Source: Octopus sinensis | Taxonomy: Eukaryota | Length of the DNA stretch: 64,000 bases | Direction of reading: 5' to 3' | Assembly: GCF_006345805.1 (NCBI RefSeq) | Contig: NC_043004.1 | Coordinates: 4,092,001 to 4,156,000 of the forward strand | Shown here: piece after piece, positions 24,870 through 39,240 of the stretch | Position numbering within the stretch: the first letter of the stretch is position 1 | Layout: each line of letters begins with the position of its first letter | The notes under the pieces: generated by a model | Database searches by the model: none | Seen by the model: the letters and a program-made list of their open reading frames with translations, nothing else | Told to the model about the DNA's origin: nothing | Made by a program: the position numbers and the translations under genes

Positions 24870-25385
24870 ACCTAGGATTTTTGAAAGATTGTACAAGCAC
24901 ATAAAAACATAAAACGCTTCTTGAAAATATTTGCCGTAAGTAATGTATTACTTACTGTACGCACGTATAATCATGCTGCATCTGTATACTATGTTTTTGG
25001 CAAGACAGTTGCCGTTTACTGGGCAATCATTGATAATTTTATAATTACATGTTTGCAGCAAATTACTAAGATTATTTGAAATATGGTCATAGTTGAAGTT
25101 TGGATGACCATCGCCTGCAGAGGTAGTCGTGCTTGAAACCAATGTTTAAATGATCTGTAACTGATCACTAGGTGCGCTATCATTACTTAAGTTCGATTGT
25201 TCATGTTATATAGTTCGATAAGCATACTTATTAAATATTTGGTAGTATTTATTGTTAGGCAGGGAGTTATTTTTAGGTAGAGAGAAGAATATTTTAGTAT
25301 CTATGTTTTATCTGCAGATTTTTTTTTTTGTGGGGGGGTTATATCACGTGGCATTCCTATTTCTATTTTCCCAATTATCATAAGT
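24870..25385 (-). mobile_element. Degenerate PLE linker plus GIY-YIG fragment
   Basis: NRNRNAT*YNPP, NNKYYQIFNK, CPVNGNCLAKNIVYRC, LTANIFKKR. Confidence 0.75.
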
Positions 25386-25569
25386 CACCCTAGTTTCAGT
25401 GTTTACATTTTGTGGATTCGGTTTGGTACACTAAGTTTCCCTTTTTCAAATCTACGTATAGTTGCTATTGTGTTTGTTATAATCGTATGGGTACGACTAC
25501 AAAGACCTCTTATTTCTACCGTGAATCTTGTTCTTCTTGAGTTTCACATTATAATTTCTTATACAACTA

Positions 25570-25910
25570 CTATAGTTGTTATTAGGCGCAGGTATTGTTT
25601 TCAGTGGCGTTTGATTGCTTGTTTGTCCGTGGACAAGATATCTCAAGAACCGCTGGGTGGATTCGAATCAAACTTTCAGAGATGTTTGGCCTCGGGACTG
25701 GCACGAACTGATGAGATTTAAGAATCGATCCGGTACCGAACAAGGATTCTGGATTATTTTTTCCGTTTTTTTTACTTAATTTTTGAGAGCGGTCGGGTTC
25801 ATTTTTAGTATTCTAGTTTGTGAGAGCAGTCAAGTTTATTTCAGATATTCTCATTTTAAAAATCATCTCCGGCTAATCGTTGAGAGGACGTTGGTGTTGC
25901 TTTGGCGGAG
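25570..25910. mobile_element. Probable non-autonomous DNA element
   Basis: GATATCTCAAGAACCGCTGG.TGGATTCG..CAAACTTTCAG body and TTGGCGGAGG end recall widespread non-autonomous DNA repeats; not verified. Confidence 0.4.
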
Positions 25911-26103
25911 GGTTGCTGAAGACAGTTGAGAACCTGGTTCGAAACTCGAGGGAGACCGGCAACTGTTGAGATATATGCATCAAGTCTACCCAACTTGTTG
26001 AGTCCTGGATCAGAACAGGCTTGAATTGAGTAAAATATATATTTTAATAGAATTTACCATTCTTACTGAGCAATATACATACATATGCATACTTATATAT
26101 ATG

Positions 26104-26135
<32 letters not shown>

Positions 26136-26287
26136 CATGCGTATATACATATATTGAAATATATATATATATATATATACATACATATTAATATATACAC
26201 ATATATGTATATACATATATATATGCATATACGCACATACATACACGTATCTACATGAACAGACATAATCATGCATGCGTATATAAC

Positions 26288-26329
<42 letters not shown>

Positions 26330-26376
26330 CTAATATAGATAGATAGATAGATAGATGATAGATAGATCAAGATAGA

Positions 26377-26427
<51 letters not shown>

Positions 26428-26566
26428 TAGATATACATATATACATACACGTATGCATATGTATCTGCCTGCATATATATATACATCCATTAATATGCAT
26501 TCACACATACATACACGCACACACACATACACGCACACCCACACACGTATTTGTATATCATATAAA

Positions 26567-26627
<61 letters not shown>

Positions 26628-27369
26628 TGATTTATAGGCGGTTCGTCGTTGACTAGTAATCTTCTTGGTCATTTAAGTTTATCAAATACATCGTGTGTGT
26701 GTGCGTGTGTGTGTATGGTCCTGTATGTGTCTGTGTGTGTCTACCGCTGCCGACTGTGTGTACGCACGTACGATTCAGCCGCGTAATCTATTTTATTTAC
26801 AAATGTCGCGATAGTAACAGAAACAAACCAAAATGGAAAACAAACCAAAACACAGATCATTATTTTATTTCCAAATTTATTTCCAAAACTCTTTCCTCGC
26901 TTCTCACACCATGACATAAACATAATTTTATTATCGCGAAAGGTCATCGAATGCAAGAAACGATTCCTACCTATAACCTAATGACTTTTTTTTTTAATAA
27001 TATCTAAACTGAATCACTCAGACGTTTTCGCTTTTCTTATTCATTTCTCGATTCCATATTTTTTACTTACCTTTCATGTTTTCTCAAGTTTATAACTTAA
27101 AAACGAACACTCAAACAAACCATTCTCTTTCACCAGGAATCACTTCTCATTACAACATGATTTTAGATGCTTGTATATGTTTATGTGTACGTATGAATGT
27201 GTTTGTATGCATATGTGTGTGTGTGTGTGTGCATACTGATATATATATGTGTGTATGTGATTCTTTATGTGTATTTTGCACGCGTGTGTTTAGTTCTTGA
27301 GATCAAAAACCGACATGATCACGTTGTCTAAATGAAATTTCGTTCATGAGGCCAGCATCGAAAAAGTGG

Positions 27370-27900
27370 AACCCGTTTCTCCTGAGTAAACATTTTATAC
27401 AGGATCATAGCTATAGAAAATATTTAATAAACATAACAAAAGGGTTTCATTCAGCTGTGCGCCTAGAGAGAACCTCTAAAAGTAGGATGCTCATATAGAG
27501 CTTATAATGATTTTCAATGCAACACAAAGGTGATATCACCTTTGCACGAAGCAAAGGTGATATCGCCCAAAACAACGGAGTGAATTAATACATCTGGGCA
27601 ACGGAGAATGCCTTTAAAGCAAGGCTGAAAAATCACAGATCTTTTAGAATACAAAAGAGGTATTATGTTATAAATTTCGTTAGCTATATATAACGACGGC
27701 GATCAAAACAGAAAGCAAAACCATACAAAATCAAGTGGAGGTAACTGTGATGATCTGTACATTGAAGAGAGATAGATGCTTGTTGGAGAGGGAAATCATT
27801 CTTAAAAAGTCATATGATCCAGGTGCTTTCCTGAACTCAAAAAGCGAAATTTTCGAACGCTGTCTTCATGAGCAGAATTTCGCTGTCGATAGGGTCATGT
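27370..27900 (+). mobile_element. Degenerate PLE linker plus GIY-YIG fragment
   Basis: KHF..DHSYRK..NKHNKRVSFSCAP, ATENAFKARLKNHRSF, FLNSKSEIFERCLH. Confidence 0.7.
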
Positions 27901-28204
27901 CGCCTTTTTTAACTAGGGAACCACACACACACACACACACACACCACACACACACACACACACTTACATACATACATACACGCACTCATCGCTTACATGC
28001 TACCCCCATGGTTAACACTAATTTATGGGAAATAACTCTTCTTTTTCTCCCAGAAAAAATGCTAGAATTTTGTTCACTACTTCGTGTTTACCAACACCCT
28101 GCCACCCAGAATTTATATATATATATTCAACATAAAAGGATGGTCAATATTGCCTGAGTGCGATACCCGGCACGAAACCGACAGTAACATTCTTACCAGT
28201 CATA

Positions 28205-28440
28205 TAAGGCTGTGAGCTGGCAGAAACGTTAGCAATCCGGGCGAAATGCTTAGCTGTATTTCGTCTGTCTTTTTACGTTCTGAGTTCAAATTCCGCCGAG
28301 GTCGACTTTGCCTTTCATCATTTCGGGGTCGATAAATTAAGTAACAGTGTCGCACGGGGGTCGATGCAATCGACTTAATCCCTTTATCTCTCCTTGTTTG
28401 TCCCCTCTATGTTTGGCCCCTTGTGGATAATAAAGAAATA
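28205..28440 (+). mobile_element. SINE family A, full length, with a 22-bp TSD
   Basis: AGTAACATTCTTACCAGTCATA at 28183-28204 and 28441-28462. Confidence 0.95.
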
Positions 28441-28889
28441 AGTAACATTCTTACCAGTCATACACCATAATCAGTAATTTACTGCTCAATGGAGGATTAA
28501 AATATAACCACTTTGTTACTCATATTGAGAGTGGGGGGGTCCTGATTTAAGGAGAACTCACAATGCGTGAATGTAAATGTGTGTGTGTATGTATGCATCC
28601 ATGTATGTATATTTTCTTCTATTTTGAATCATTTGAAGTATTCCTGTTGTTGATTTCTAACATTGGTGGATTGTAGATAATAAAACTTAATGTCTGTTAC
28701 ATATTGAATTTGAGAAAAGTCTTGTATATATTTACTGTTCCACTTACAGACTGTATTTGTAATGTGTAATTTAGCTGGTCTTTTTTTTTTCTGAAAACAC
28801 TTTGTTCTCCAGATTTTCACTGAAGCACTTAATAACAAAACCAAATTTGAATTTATAATCTGGGTGTATCTGCTGAAGGATTCGAAGTA

Positions 28890-30030
28890 GTTTCCCATAG
28901 TTATTCTCTTTCTCTTTGATTTTCGAAGTGATAATCAAACCAGTAGGACAACTGACCCCTATGGCGGTTAAATACTTTTTTCTTGTCTGTCCCAGCCTGT
29001 TATATCCGGCCTGTTATGTTTCCACTCGAAGGATGATTTGATGGGAATGTCCCACCAGTTCCTTGTGTTGATGTTTGTGAATGGATCCAACATTTATTCC
29101 ATTTTCGGGACATGGCATTGTATAGTGTTTCACCCAGAACATTGGAAGACAGTACTTTGATATTTTGGGGCAGATCCTACTTACAAGCGTAATATCTTCT
29201 GAAATGTGACATAATCGACATTTTCTATTATATCTTGGGACTGAAGGGATTTCATTGCCTCTTTTTTTTATTAGTTCTTTTACTAAAACGCCCATTACGA
29301 GGCAAACATATAACCTTCAAAGTGCGATGTATCGTGTCTCCTCTGGGAACGAGCATGCTCAGTCTTTTTTGAGTGTGCTGAGCGTTTCACACCCAGTTTT
29401 TCTTTGAGATATGTTTGCCCAGCTGTTTTAGGGTCATATACTACCACGTCGTCAGAAGAGAGTGTTTCCTAAGGAACTCACTGCCGACACGTATGCTGTT
29501 GTCCTCTTCGATTAGCAAGCCAGCCAATTTGATCAGTCCGTCTGGCTAAGCACAGGTATTTTCAATATAGATATTAATGGCTTTCTGTGGACGGTCAACC
29601 TTTTGTATCAATATTTAACTATGAGGTCTCCTCAAGGTGTATTCCCGTCGTACAGTTTGCCTATAGCTATGATGAAAGTTTCAGGGTCGATTGTGTATCT
29701 TTTACCGTGGATGTTGGTACAGTATTCTTTCCTAACTGTATTTAAACACGATGCATTCTGGTGACATCTCTTTTCGTTCCAGATCTTAGACCACAATGAT
29801 TCAAGGTTTTTAGAAGGGGCTTTCTTAGGGGTAATGTTTTTTTGTTCTTATCTCCAGATTTAAGTCCTGCAAATTGGAAGCAAACTTGTGATTTATACGG
29901 TGTCGCTTGAAAATGTTTCGCTCCAGGACCTTAGATTGTGTTTTTAAGTAATTAGCTTTTCCCTCGAGAAATTAGTATGAAGAGACGCCATAGCATTTGG
30001 GGTTGTTTTTTGCATGATGTAATTGATGAG
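28890..30030 (-). mobile_element. R4/Dong-like non-LTR element fragment (CCHC knuckle plus restriction-like endonuclease)
   Basis: KCRLCHISEDITLVSRICPK; WWDIPI...HNRPDI..WDRQEKK...VSCP. Confidence 0.72.
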
Positions 30031-30289
30031 GTGTGAACTCATTATTCCCTTTACATTTTGTTATGAATTTATTATGTAGATGGAAGAAGAAGGAAAAAAT
30101 TTCAACACCACCGAAAGGAATCGAACCTCGCGTCTGCTGCAAACTCTATAGCTCTGCTAAATTGCATATATATATATATATATATATATATACTATATAT
30201 ATACACGCACGCACGCACACACACACACACATACACACACACACAACACACCATAATATATATATATATACGCACGCACACGCACATAT

Positions 30290-30340
<51 letters not shown>

Positions 30341-30391
30341 GAGAGAATTCACAAAAAACAAGAGACGAAGACATATAATACATATATGTGA

Positions 30392-30465
<74 letters not shown>

Positions 30466-30657
30466 CAATACATAACGGTGTAATAGAAGAGTTTCCCAAA
30501 ACTGCTAATTGTAATTTTCGATGATATTCTTCAGCTGTCGATGAGGTGGTTGAACCCCCATTGATACAAGTATCTCATTAGTAAATATCAAGAAATTTAT
30601 TACTCAATTTATCACACTTCTGTGAGACGAATATATATTGCTCATTATTAGAATACT

Positions 30658-30955
<298 letters not shown>

Positions 30956-31049
30956 TGTAACTAAGAAGAATAGATAATATTTATATAAATGAATTATAAC
31001 GAATAATACAAAAAAAACGCATTATATTATATAACGTACATTTTCATTA

Positions 31050-31260
31050 AGGCGATGAACTGTTAGAATCGTTAGCACGCCGGACAAAATGATTCACAGC
31101 ATTTCGTCCGTCTTTACGTTCTGAGTTCAAATTCTGCCGGTGCCGACCTTGCCTTTCATCTTTCGGAGTCAATAAAATAGGTACCAGTTGAACACTGAGG
31201 TCGATTTAATCGACTTTCCCCCGCCCCTGAAATTGCTGGCCTTGCGCTCAAATTTGAAAT
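31050..31260 (+). mobile_element. SINE family A
   Basis: GGCGATGAACTG..AGAATCGTTAGCACGCCGG..GAGTTCAAATTCTGCC. Confidence 0.88.
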
Positions 31261-32046
31261 CAATATGCTTTCTCATTATATCTTTTAATGTTTTACTTAC
31301 TGTACTGGGGCCATCCTGGGGCATCGCCTTGAAAAGTTCAGTCAATCAAACGGAACCCTGTACTTCCTTTAAGTTATTCTATACTTATTTCTATCCGTTT
31401 CTTATTGCCAAATCGCTAAGTTACAAGGATTTAAACACACTAATACTGATTACCAAGCGGGAAGAGATAACCACAAAGGCCTTCGCGCATGCGTGCACGC
31501 GCACATACATAAATACACATGTAACTGTTTATGCGACCAGCTTCTGCATTGTTTCCGTCCGCCATATTCACTCACAAGTTATTGGCTGGCCTGAGGCTAT
31601 GTCAGAAGATCCAGCCAAGGTGCCGTGCAGCGGAACTGAACCCGAATCTACCTAGCTGCGAAGCAAACATCTTAGATCCATTGAACTAAGAGAAGATACC
31701 TTCCTGGACGAGTTGCAATATTTTATATACAAATACTATATTTATAAGTTTGTATGATATATAATGAGTAGGATATAAAGATTGTCATTGCGTACTATTT
31801 TTTAATAAGCCTGATGACTGCTGCGCTACTGTTATTCTATATATCATTGACAGTGAGAATCGGATGCTATGCGGCGAGCGGGGGCTGTCACTGAGGATGT
31901 GCAGTATGCTGAAATCATGTGGCCTCAAAGCTCCGGCGTCCATACCAGACGACTGTTGTATGCTGACGATATATATGTGCTCTTAGCACTATGCGTCTAC
32001 AGGAGCGGTTCTTTCAGGACGAATGCCGCGTTCTAACAATATACAT

Positions 32047-32100
<54 letters not shown>

Positions 32101-32132
32101 TATATATAATATATATATATATAATATATATA

Positions 32133-32196
<64 letters not shown>

Positions 32197-32815
32197 TCGA
32201 TATAAGAGGTATTGGTATCCAGAAGACCCAAGGTGGCAGGTAACGCTATGTAAGTTCTATGGAAGGACTGTAGTTAAACTCTCGGTTCGGTAATGATACG
32301 AGTGAGGAGTCTAATGCGGGTCTTGTATGAGCATGTATATGTTAAATAGAATGAGGCAACAAAGCCAAGGTTGTGTGGAATTTAAAGGACATTTATAAAC
32401 TTATACATTTTTCATTTTTTTACTTTTTCTTATTTTCTCTTCTTGTTTTCATTTTCTCTTTCTCTTTCTTTCCTTCTTCTTTTCTTTCCTTCTTCTTTTC
32501 TCACCTTTTCCTTTTGACCTCTCTCCTCATTTTAACATACACATCTCTTGTCCCCTCTCTATCCACTTAATACTACCACTACATTCTCAAATTTTCGTCC
32601 ATACCACACGACCCCTTTGAATGAACAGCACATAGGATCTACGTCTCCAAACTTTCCATTTATGATGACAAAATAGGAACTCCTATTGGAATTTACATAC
32701 CACGGACAAGAAGCATTTCTTTCCTCGGGTAATGGAACTGCAACTATAAAATTTTTATATATTCTTATTTTTATTTTTATTTCTACTATTTCCCTCTATT
32801 TAACCAAATCACATC

Positions 32816-32863
32816 GTCTCTGATGAAGGGATATCCCTAATATCCCAGAAACAACTGTAAGAC
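32816..32863 (+). ncRNA. Minimal type-I hammerhead motif, same family as 2936
   Basis: GTCT-CTGATGA-AGGGATA-TCCCTAA-TATCCCA-GAAA-CAACTG-TA-AGAC; A-A mismatch at the base of stem II. Confidence 0.8.
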
Positions 32864-35106
32864 TACTTTTCTCTTTATAAATGTCCTGAAACTTCCACAC
32901 AACCTTGGCTTTGTTGTCTCATTTTATTTAACATACATTCGATATATATATATTGAATGGGCTTCTTTCAGTTTCCATCTACTAAATCCACTCATAAGAC
33001 ATTGGTCGACTCGAAGCTATAGTAGAAGATACTTGCCCAAGGTACTACGCAGTGGTACTGCTGGATAAAGATACACATGTATAAGTATTTAGATAACAAA
33101 AAGATACTCTTCTTCAGTTTAGTGAAAAATCTCGTTCTGCTCTCCAGCCCAGCCCTTTTTCTGGTGAGACATCCATCTCTACCCTTCAGTATCCAGTTCA
33201 TATTATCTCCACAGCTCTAACTATACCTTCATTCAAGACATGCAAAGAAAATCGATCTGTTACATCAAAATAAGTTTCATAAAATTAAGTGAAACGAAAT
33301 AGGATATAATTAATGACACTTCGATTCTTATTTTTTTCTTTGAGAATGTTTGCAGCGTAAAAGAAATTTTTAAAAAGCGAGATCGGAAATCGAAACCTCA
33401 CTGCGAACCTAATTTAGTGATAAAATCTTCAGCGTCAAATCTGTAAGAATCGGTTGTCTTGGAGAAAGAGATATTGTCAGTGATTCTATCCATTCCATAC
33501 ATCCTTCTGACAGTGCAACTGATTCCGAGTCTAGGACAAAGAGAGAAATCGATTCACTCTATTTTATCGATCCTGGAAAAGTAAAATGCAATGTTGAACT
33601 GAAAACGCGATGACCCGAGACAAATATCGCATTTTCCCGACGATCTAACGACTCTGCCAACCGATTCCCCTTTCCGGTTTGTTACCTCTCGTACTTCTAC
33701 ATCGCTTGGCACCTCACTGGTTATTAACCTGTTTGGACTCAAAACCTACAGACTAAACTGTGTATTTTTGTTCAATACTTGTTGTTGTTGTTGCCGTCGT
33801 CTGTTGTTGTCAGTCGTGAATGAGCATAATATGATCAAAAGCTCTTCAAACCTAAATTTTCAGTCTTTTTATTTATTTATTTATTTAGGCTTAGAGTTAA
33901 TGGAAATTTGTCTGCCCTTTGCAACTGATCAACAGACTTCGCAGAGACAATTTTCGTGATTCATTAGTACAAGAGTTTCGACAATTGTTCAAGGAGTAGT
34001 TCTTTGACCGAAACGCAAATGAATTATTTCTACATCATTATTATTGCCTGACTAAAATAGAACAGAAAAAGAACCTGTAAATATGTTTGTTTCTTTGTAA
34101 AATCTCAATAAAAAATAACTGTTTCATTGAGTATGTCCCTAACTGGTCCGTACCAATGCCATAACATCTTATGAAAATTCATTACCGACTCTGAGAATTT
34201 TCTGGAAGAAAAACGCGTCTTGTGACATTTCTGATTTTCCTAATGACATTATCAGAAGTAAAGAAAGATATATGGTTTCAAGTGGGGATTTCGAGAACGT
34301 TTCTCTTTTACACTACCGTTCTTGCTACGCAACAAGACATAAACCGAAGACCGCACGGGTGTCGTAACTAAACAGACAAAACAGCGGCAGAAAATAGAAA
34401 AACAGGAAAAATCAGAATAACGTACGCTGACGGAATTTTTCCTTCGATCGTATAACGGCGAACCATTGGTTAGGCAAATGTTAACACAAGAAATGGAGCG
34501 AAAGTACACATTCCATAAAAGGTTCGATGTTTTCGAAAGGAATTTTCAACATCACTACTCTTGTGAATAGCGATGATAAGAAATTGTTGGTGAGAAAAAC
34601 GAATTGTCCACCTCCATTGAGCAGCTTGGGAGTTGTGACTACTTAAGTAAATGACAAACATGATGCAAATATTGGCCTTTCACGGCTTTCAACTTCAAAA
34701 GAAAAATATCTTTAACTCGTGCTGCTATCAACGGAAATATAAAAGCTTTATTACCTAAAGAATTCAAACCGTGCAATTTTCTCACTCTCTATCTTTCTTT
34801 CTCTCCCGCCGCTCTCGCTTTCACTCTCTCTCCCACTCTCTTTCTCCCACTTTTTCTCACTCTCTCTCTCTCCCTTTCTCCCTCTTTTTCTCTCTCCCTC
34901 TCTTTCTTTCTCTCTCTCTCTCCCACTCTCTTTCTCCCACTCTTTCTCACCCCCTTCCTCTCTTTCTCCCTCTTTTTCTCTCTCTCACACACACACGCAC
35001 TTTCCAATGTTCCGCATATTTTCTGTGTCCGGAGCAAGAATGTGTGTAGGTGGAGTATGATGGAGTATGAGTATGTCTACAACTAACACACATATAATAT
35101 ATACGC

Positions 35107-35163
<57 letters not shown>

Positions 35164-35795
35164 GTGTGTGTGTGTGCATGTATATGCACGTGTTTGCGTC
35201 CTGTTGCCATCAAACGTTATTATAATACGTATATAACAGAACAATTTTATTGATCTGGGAATTTCAGAATATTTCTTGCCCGTATCTATAGATCAAATGA
35301 TTGGCGATAAAATAAGAATGTTGGTTCCTACAAAATATAAATGACGAACATATTTCAGCGAAATGTCAAAGGCACAATTCAATTGTACTTCTTTAAAAAA
35401 AAAACTAACCATTCCAGGCGACCATTATTTTAACAATAAATGAAAGATTTGAAACAATAGATGGCAGAGAAAATTCTTTTTAGAAGCGACTGGAGACTGT
35501 AACTTTGGCTTTGATTTGACCAGATTACCGTCAAGAAATTGTTAAAGCCATCAAACGTTAGCGTTTACTGCAGTTACCAGTCATGCGCAGAAACGATAGA
35601 ATTAACTTTGCGTTACTTTGTTTTTGTTTGTTTTTTACTTAAGAATAAGGTGAAGACATTCTGAATGGCAGATGAAAAGTGATGCAACCAGACAACTGAA
35701 TTCTTCAACAGCATTTATTCATCTTTCTAAGTTACAATATCAATTAGTTCTATGTGTATGTGTGTATGTATTAACGTGTTTATATATATTATATA

Positions 35796-35839
<44 letters not shown>

Positions 35840-35872
35840 ATATATATACATACATATATAATATATATATAT

Positions 35873-35920
<48 letters not shown>

Positions 35921-36730
35921 ATACAAATAAGAAAATGGAGACTTTTGTATATTAATTTAAGGTAAAAATATTTCTTTACCTTCACCCGTTTAATACAATA
36001 AATAAGTTAATTGCATTGCAATTAAAAACATTTATGTATTAAGAATCTGGGCACTTTACCAACAGTATATTGGATAAATGCTATCCCATAGTGGGTTACA
36101 CCCATAACCCCTATCTTACTTTGTGTGTGTATATATATATATACACACATATATATACACATATATACATATACATATATGATATATATGTGTGTATACA
36201 TACATACCATCGTACGTACGTGCATACGTACACACATATATACATACAAGTGTGTGTGACTGTGTGTGTGTGCCTCTGTGTGTGTGTGTGTGTGTGTGTG
36301 TGATGTAATATATTCGCCGTTGGTGTTGCGGTTTGAGTGAGCGCGAGGGATTACGTTTGGACATGAGAAAAAGCTTAAATAAATTGGTAATTGCTTAGAA
36401 ATATTTTTTTTTACTTTTCGATTGAGACAGAAACCATTTCGTTGAATTCGGTCAAGTGTGAAACTAATAAAATATTGACAGTGGTTCGATAATGTCAGCA
36501 ATACTCGAAATATTGCAAATATTTACCGAAATGACCATTTCTCCATTTCACTGATTTAAATTCTATGTAAACATACAAATTCTTAGTCAGACATACACAC
36601 AACAAACATGAGGTCCGATTATCGGAGGCGAAGCTGCAACTTTTTCCATCTTCTTATATACAGGGAGTTTGGCGACTTCTTTTATCAAGAATAGCTTGAT
36701 GCATTGGTGAATAGTCGACGGTATTGGAGA

Positions 36731-36957
36731 AGCGAGCTGGCAGAAGCGTTAGCACGCCGGGCGAAATGCTTTACAGTATTTCGTCTGCCGTTACGTTCTG
36801 AGTTCAAATTCCGCCGAGGTCGACTTTGCCTTTCATCCTTTCGGGGTCGATAAATTAAGTACCAGTTAAGCACTGGGTCGATACAATCGACTTAATCCGT
36901 TTGTCTGTCCTTGTTTGTCCCCTCTGTGTTTAGCCCCTTGTGGGTAGTGAAGAAATA
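36731..36957 (+). mobile_element. SINE family A, full length, with an 11-bp TSD
   Basis: GGTATTGGAGA at 36720-36730 and 36958-36968. Confidence 0.95.
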
Positions 36958-37202
36958 GGTATTGGAGAGCATAAAGATTAAAGTCGTAAATGGGAAAAAG
37001 TTAGCTGAGATGGAGGAGTAGTGAAGAGTTATATGTATCATGAGTATTCACACCGATTGCCGAAAAGCTGACATCATCACTGCTGCTAATGTTGCTGTTG
37101 AGCGAACGGTCTTCGTCCTAGAGCTCGCAAGATGAGAGAAGTCCGAAACGTGGTCATTTGCTATTCGTAAGACTCGCAGAAGAGAAAGCAGGTCTGAAAA
37201 GT

Positions 37203-39240
37203 AAGTTCTTTAGAGATAGAGGCATAAAAATTCAACAATATCGAATTGTGTAAACCTCGCTTTTTCATTATTCTTAATGGCTTTAAACCAGTCTACGACT
37301 TCTATACTATTGGACCATTGTACTAGCCTAGATCGGTCTAATTTTCGCATGTATTTTATCTAATTCTTTACTAATAATCCCAAGTTCTGACTTGGCTGGA
37401 TTGATAAGCCTACATTAGGGTTGGAAAGGAAGTTTTCTTGTGATCTTTAATAGTAAAAAGGCCTCTTTTGGGGGGAGGCTTTCTATTTTTTTTTATTCTA
37501 ATTTAAGTTTAGCGGCGATGACGCTAGCTTCTTATTATTAATTTCGTTATATGTCTGTTGCCCTAGCCTTAGTATAATTATAATGATGCTGTGTGTAAGA
37601 GTTGTGTGTATTTGCTGTTATCTACCAGCAAAGAACTCTAAAGAACTGCTAGATAAAGCCCTCATCTTCGCTAGCGACTTCATAGAAATTAGTACCAATG
37701 ATAAGGACATAATCTTCCATGTTAGAAAGACCTTACTTTTCAGTGAGAACGCAAAAGTGGGTAAAAAACACCGACACGGCGCTTTCGATGTGAGCATGGG
37801 TTCATATGATGGGGCAGGCATCTGCGATCTAATTGAACTTTTTCTCCTAGATACCTTAGGTAAGACATTCCCTAACGTACATTTCGCCATCTACAAAGAT
37901 GATGCCTCGCCTTAACAGCTAATACAAATGGACCAGCACCAAGATCGTTTTAGGAAGGATATTATCCAGTTAATGAAATACTTCGGACTTAGTATACTAT
38001 AGATACTAACTTGACGGTTGTCAATTTCTTAGACGTTCCTTAGATCTTAATAAGAATATTTATAAGCCTATAGGAAGCCCAATGATAGACTAAGTTATAT
38101 TAATGTAGGTTCATGCCATCCCCTATAGTATTCAAAAATTTAGTTAAAAATATTAGTAAGAGGATTTCTAGCCTCTCCTCTGATAAGGACATCTTCAATA
38201 GCGTTGCCCCAGTTTATAATAAAGCTTTAAAAGATAGTGGTTTTAGCGAAAAAATAAAATATACACCCATTACTAGCCCAACAGTAAGGAAAAGGAATAA
38301 TAGAAATAGGAAGGTCATCTGGCTGGCCTTCAATATAGGTAAATATTTCCTAGCACTGATAGATAGACATTTTCCAGTTAACCATACTTATAGGAAACTC
38401 TTCAATAGACACAATTTAAAATTAGTTTTAGTTCCACTACCAATTTTAAAAACATAATCAAACATAACATACAAAAAACACAACAAGAAAACAGCTGTTC
38501 ATGCAGGAATAAAGAATTGTGCCCGCTAAATGGAGCTTGCATGTCCAAGACCATCATATATGAAACTACCGTAAACTCTATAACCACTAAAGACACCGTT
38601 TCGACGAAGAAATACGTGGGCCTTACAGAGGGTAACTTCAAGGCCAGGTTCAATAACCACACTTTGAGCTTTAGGCACTGGAACAAAAGAAAAGCGACAC
38701 AATTATCTAATCATATTTGGTCTTTAAGAGATAAAGGTGTCGATTATAACATATATTGGAAGATTTTGGCCAGATGTAAGCCCTATACCAACGGCAGCGG
38801 AAGGTGCGGTCTATGCGACATGGAGAGATGGCTTATCTGGAAAAGCAGCTTAGACCCTACTACATGTCTAAACACAAGGACAGAACTTTTCGGATCATGC
38901 CCACATGTGACTAAATTTCTGTTACGTTTTTGGTCCCCTAAAGAAAACAGATAGAACATGCTTTCTATGTTCTATCTGTTTTCTATGTTATGTCCCAAGA
39001 AGATTTTATATATTTTTATATATTTTTTATATATTTTTTATGTATTTTTATATAATTTTTATGACGAAAAATGCGAGCGATGTATAAGTACGCAGGCAAG
39101 CAGAGTTATAACACAGTAATTTCCCTTTGTATAACGGTATTTTTTCATAGCGTTTTTTCATAGCGTTTTCAAATAGCCAGATAACCGAAGAGATGGTGTT
39201 GTGGATTTCCACTTCGGCATCTAAAACTCAGAGTTTTATC
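37203..39240 (+). mobile_element. Penelope-like element with an inverted 5' segment (37203-37610 minus; 37636-39240 plus)
   Basis: Minus: FTIKDHKK..NP..RLINPAKSELG, QWSNSIEVVDWFK, RFTQFDIVEF. Plus: KELLDKAL, FDVSMGSYDGAGICDL, YKDD, CSCRNKELCPLNGAC, IYE..YVGLTEGNFKARFNNH, CGLC, CPH. Confidence 0.92.
39180..39240 (+). ncRNA. Degenerate hammerhead (U4C plus altered GAAA) at the PLE 3' end
   Basis: GATAA-CCGAAGA-GATG...CATC-TAAAA-CTCAGAG-TT-TTATC; perfect 5-bp stem I. Confidence 0.65.

Noticed and set aside
25910-25965. CTGAAGA..GAACCTGGTTC-GAAACTCGAG as a hammerhead
   Set aside because: 7-nt insertion before stem II, no NUH triplet and no adjacent stem I
30500-30545. CTGAAGA..GAAA on the minus strand
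   Set aside because: No stem I or stem II pairing
31805-31925. CTGATGA/CTGAGGA..GAAA motifs
   Set aside because: Stems do not close on the core
33413-33612. Open frame with a furin-like RTKR site as a secreted-precursor exon
   Set aside because: No start codon or convincing splice pair, and the 3' part overlaps a SINE remnant
34252-34661. Short minus-strand ORFs in CpG-containing sequence
   Set aside because: No recognisable domain; lengths are expected by chance
37127-37161. GATGA..GAAACGTGGTC hammerhead remnant
   Set aside because: Lacks C3-U4 and stem II is weak
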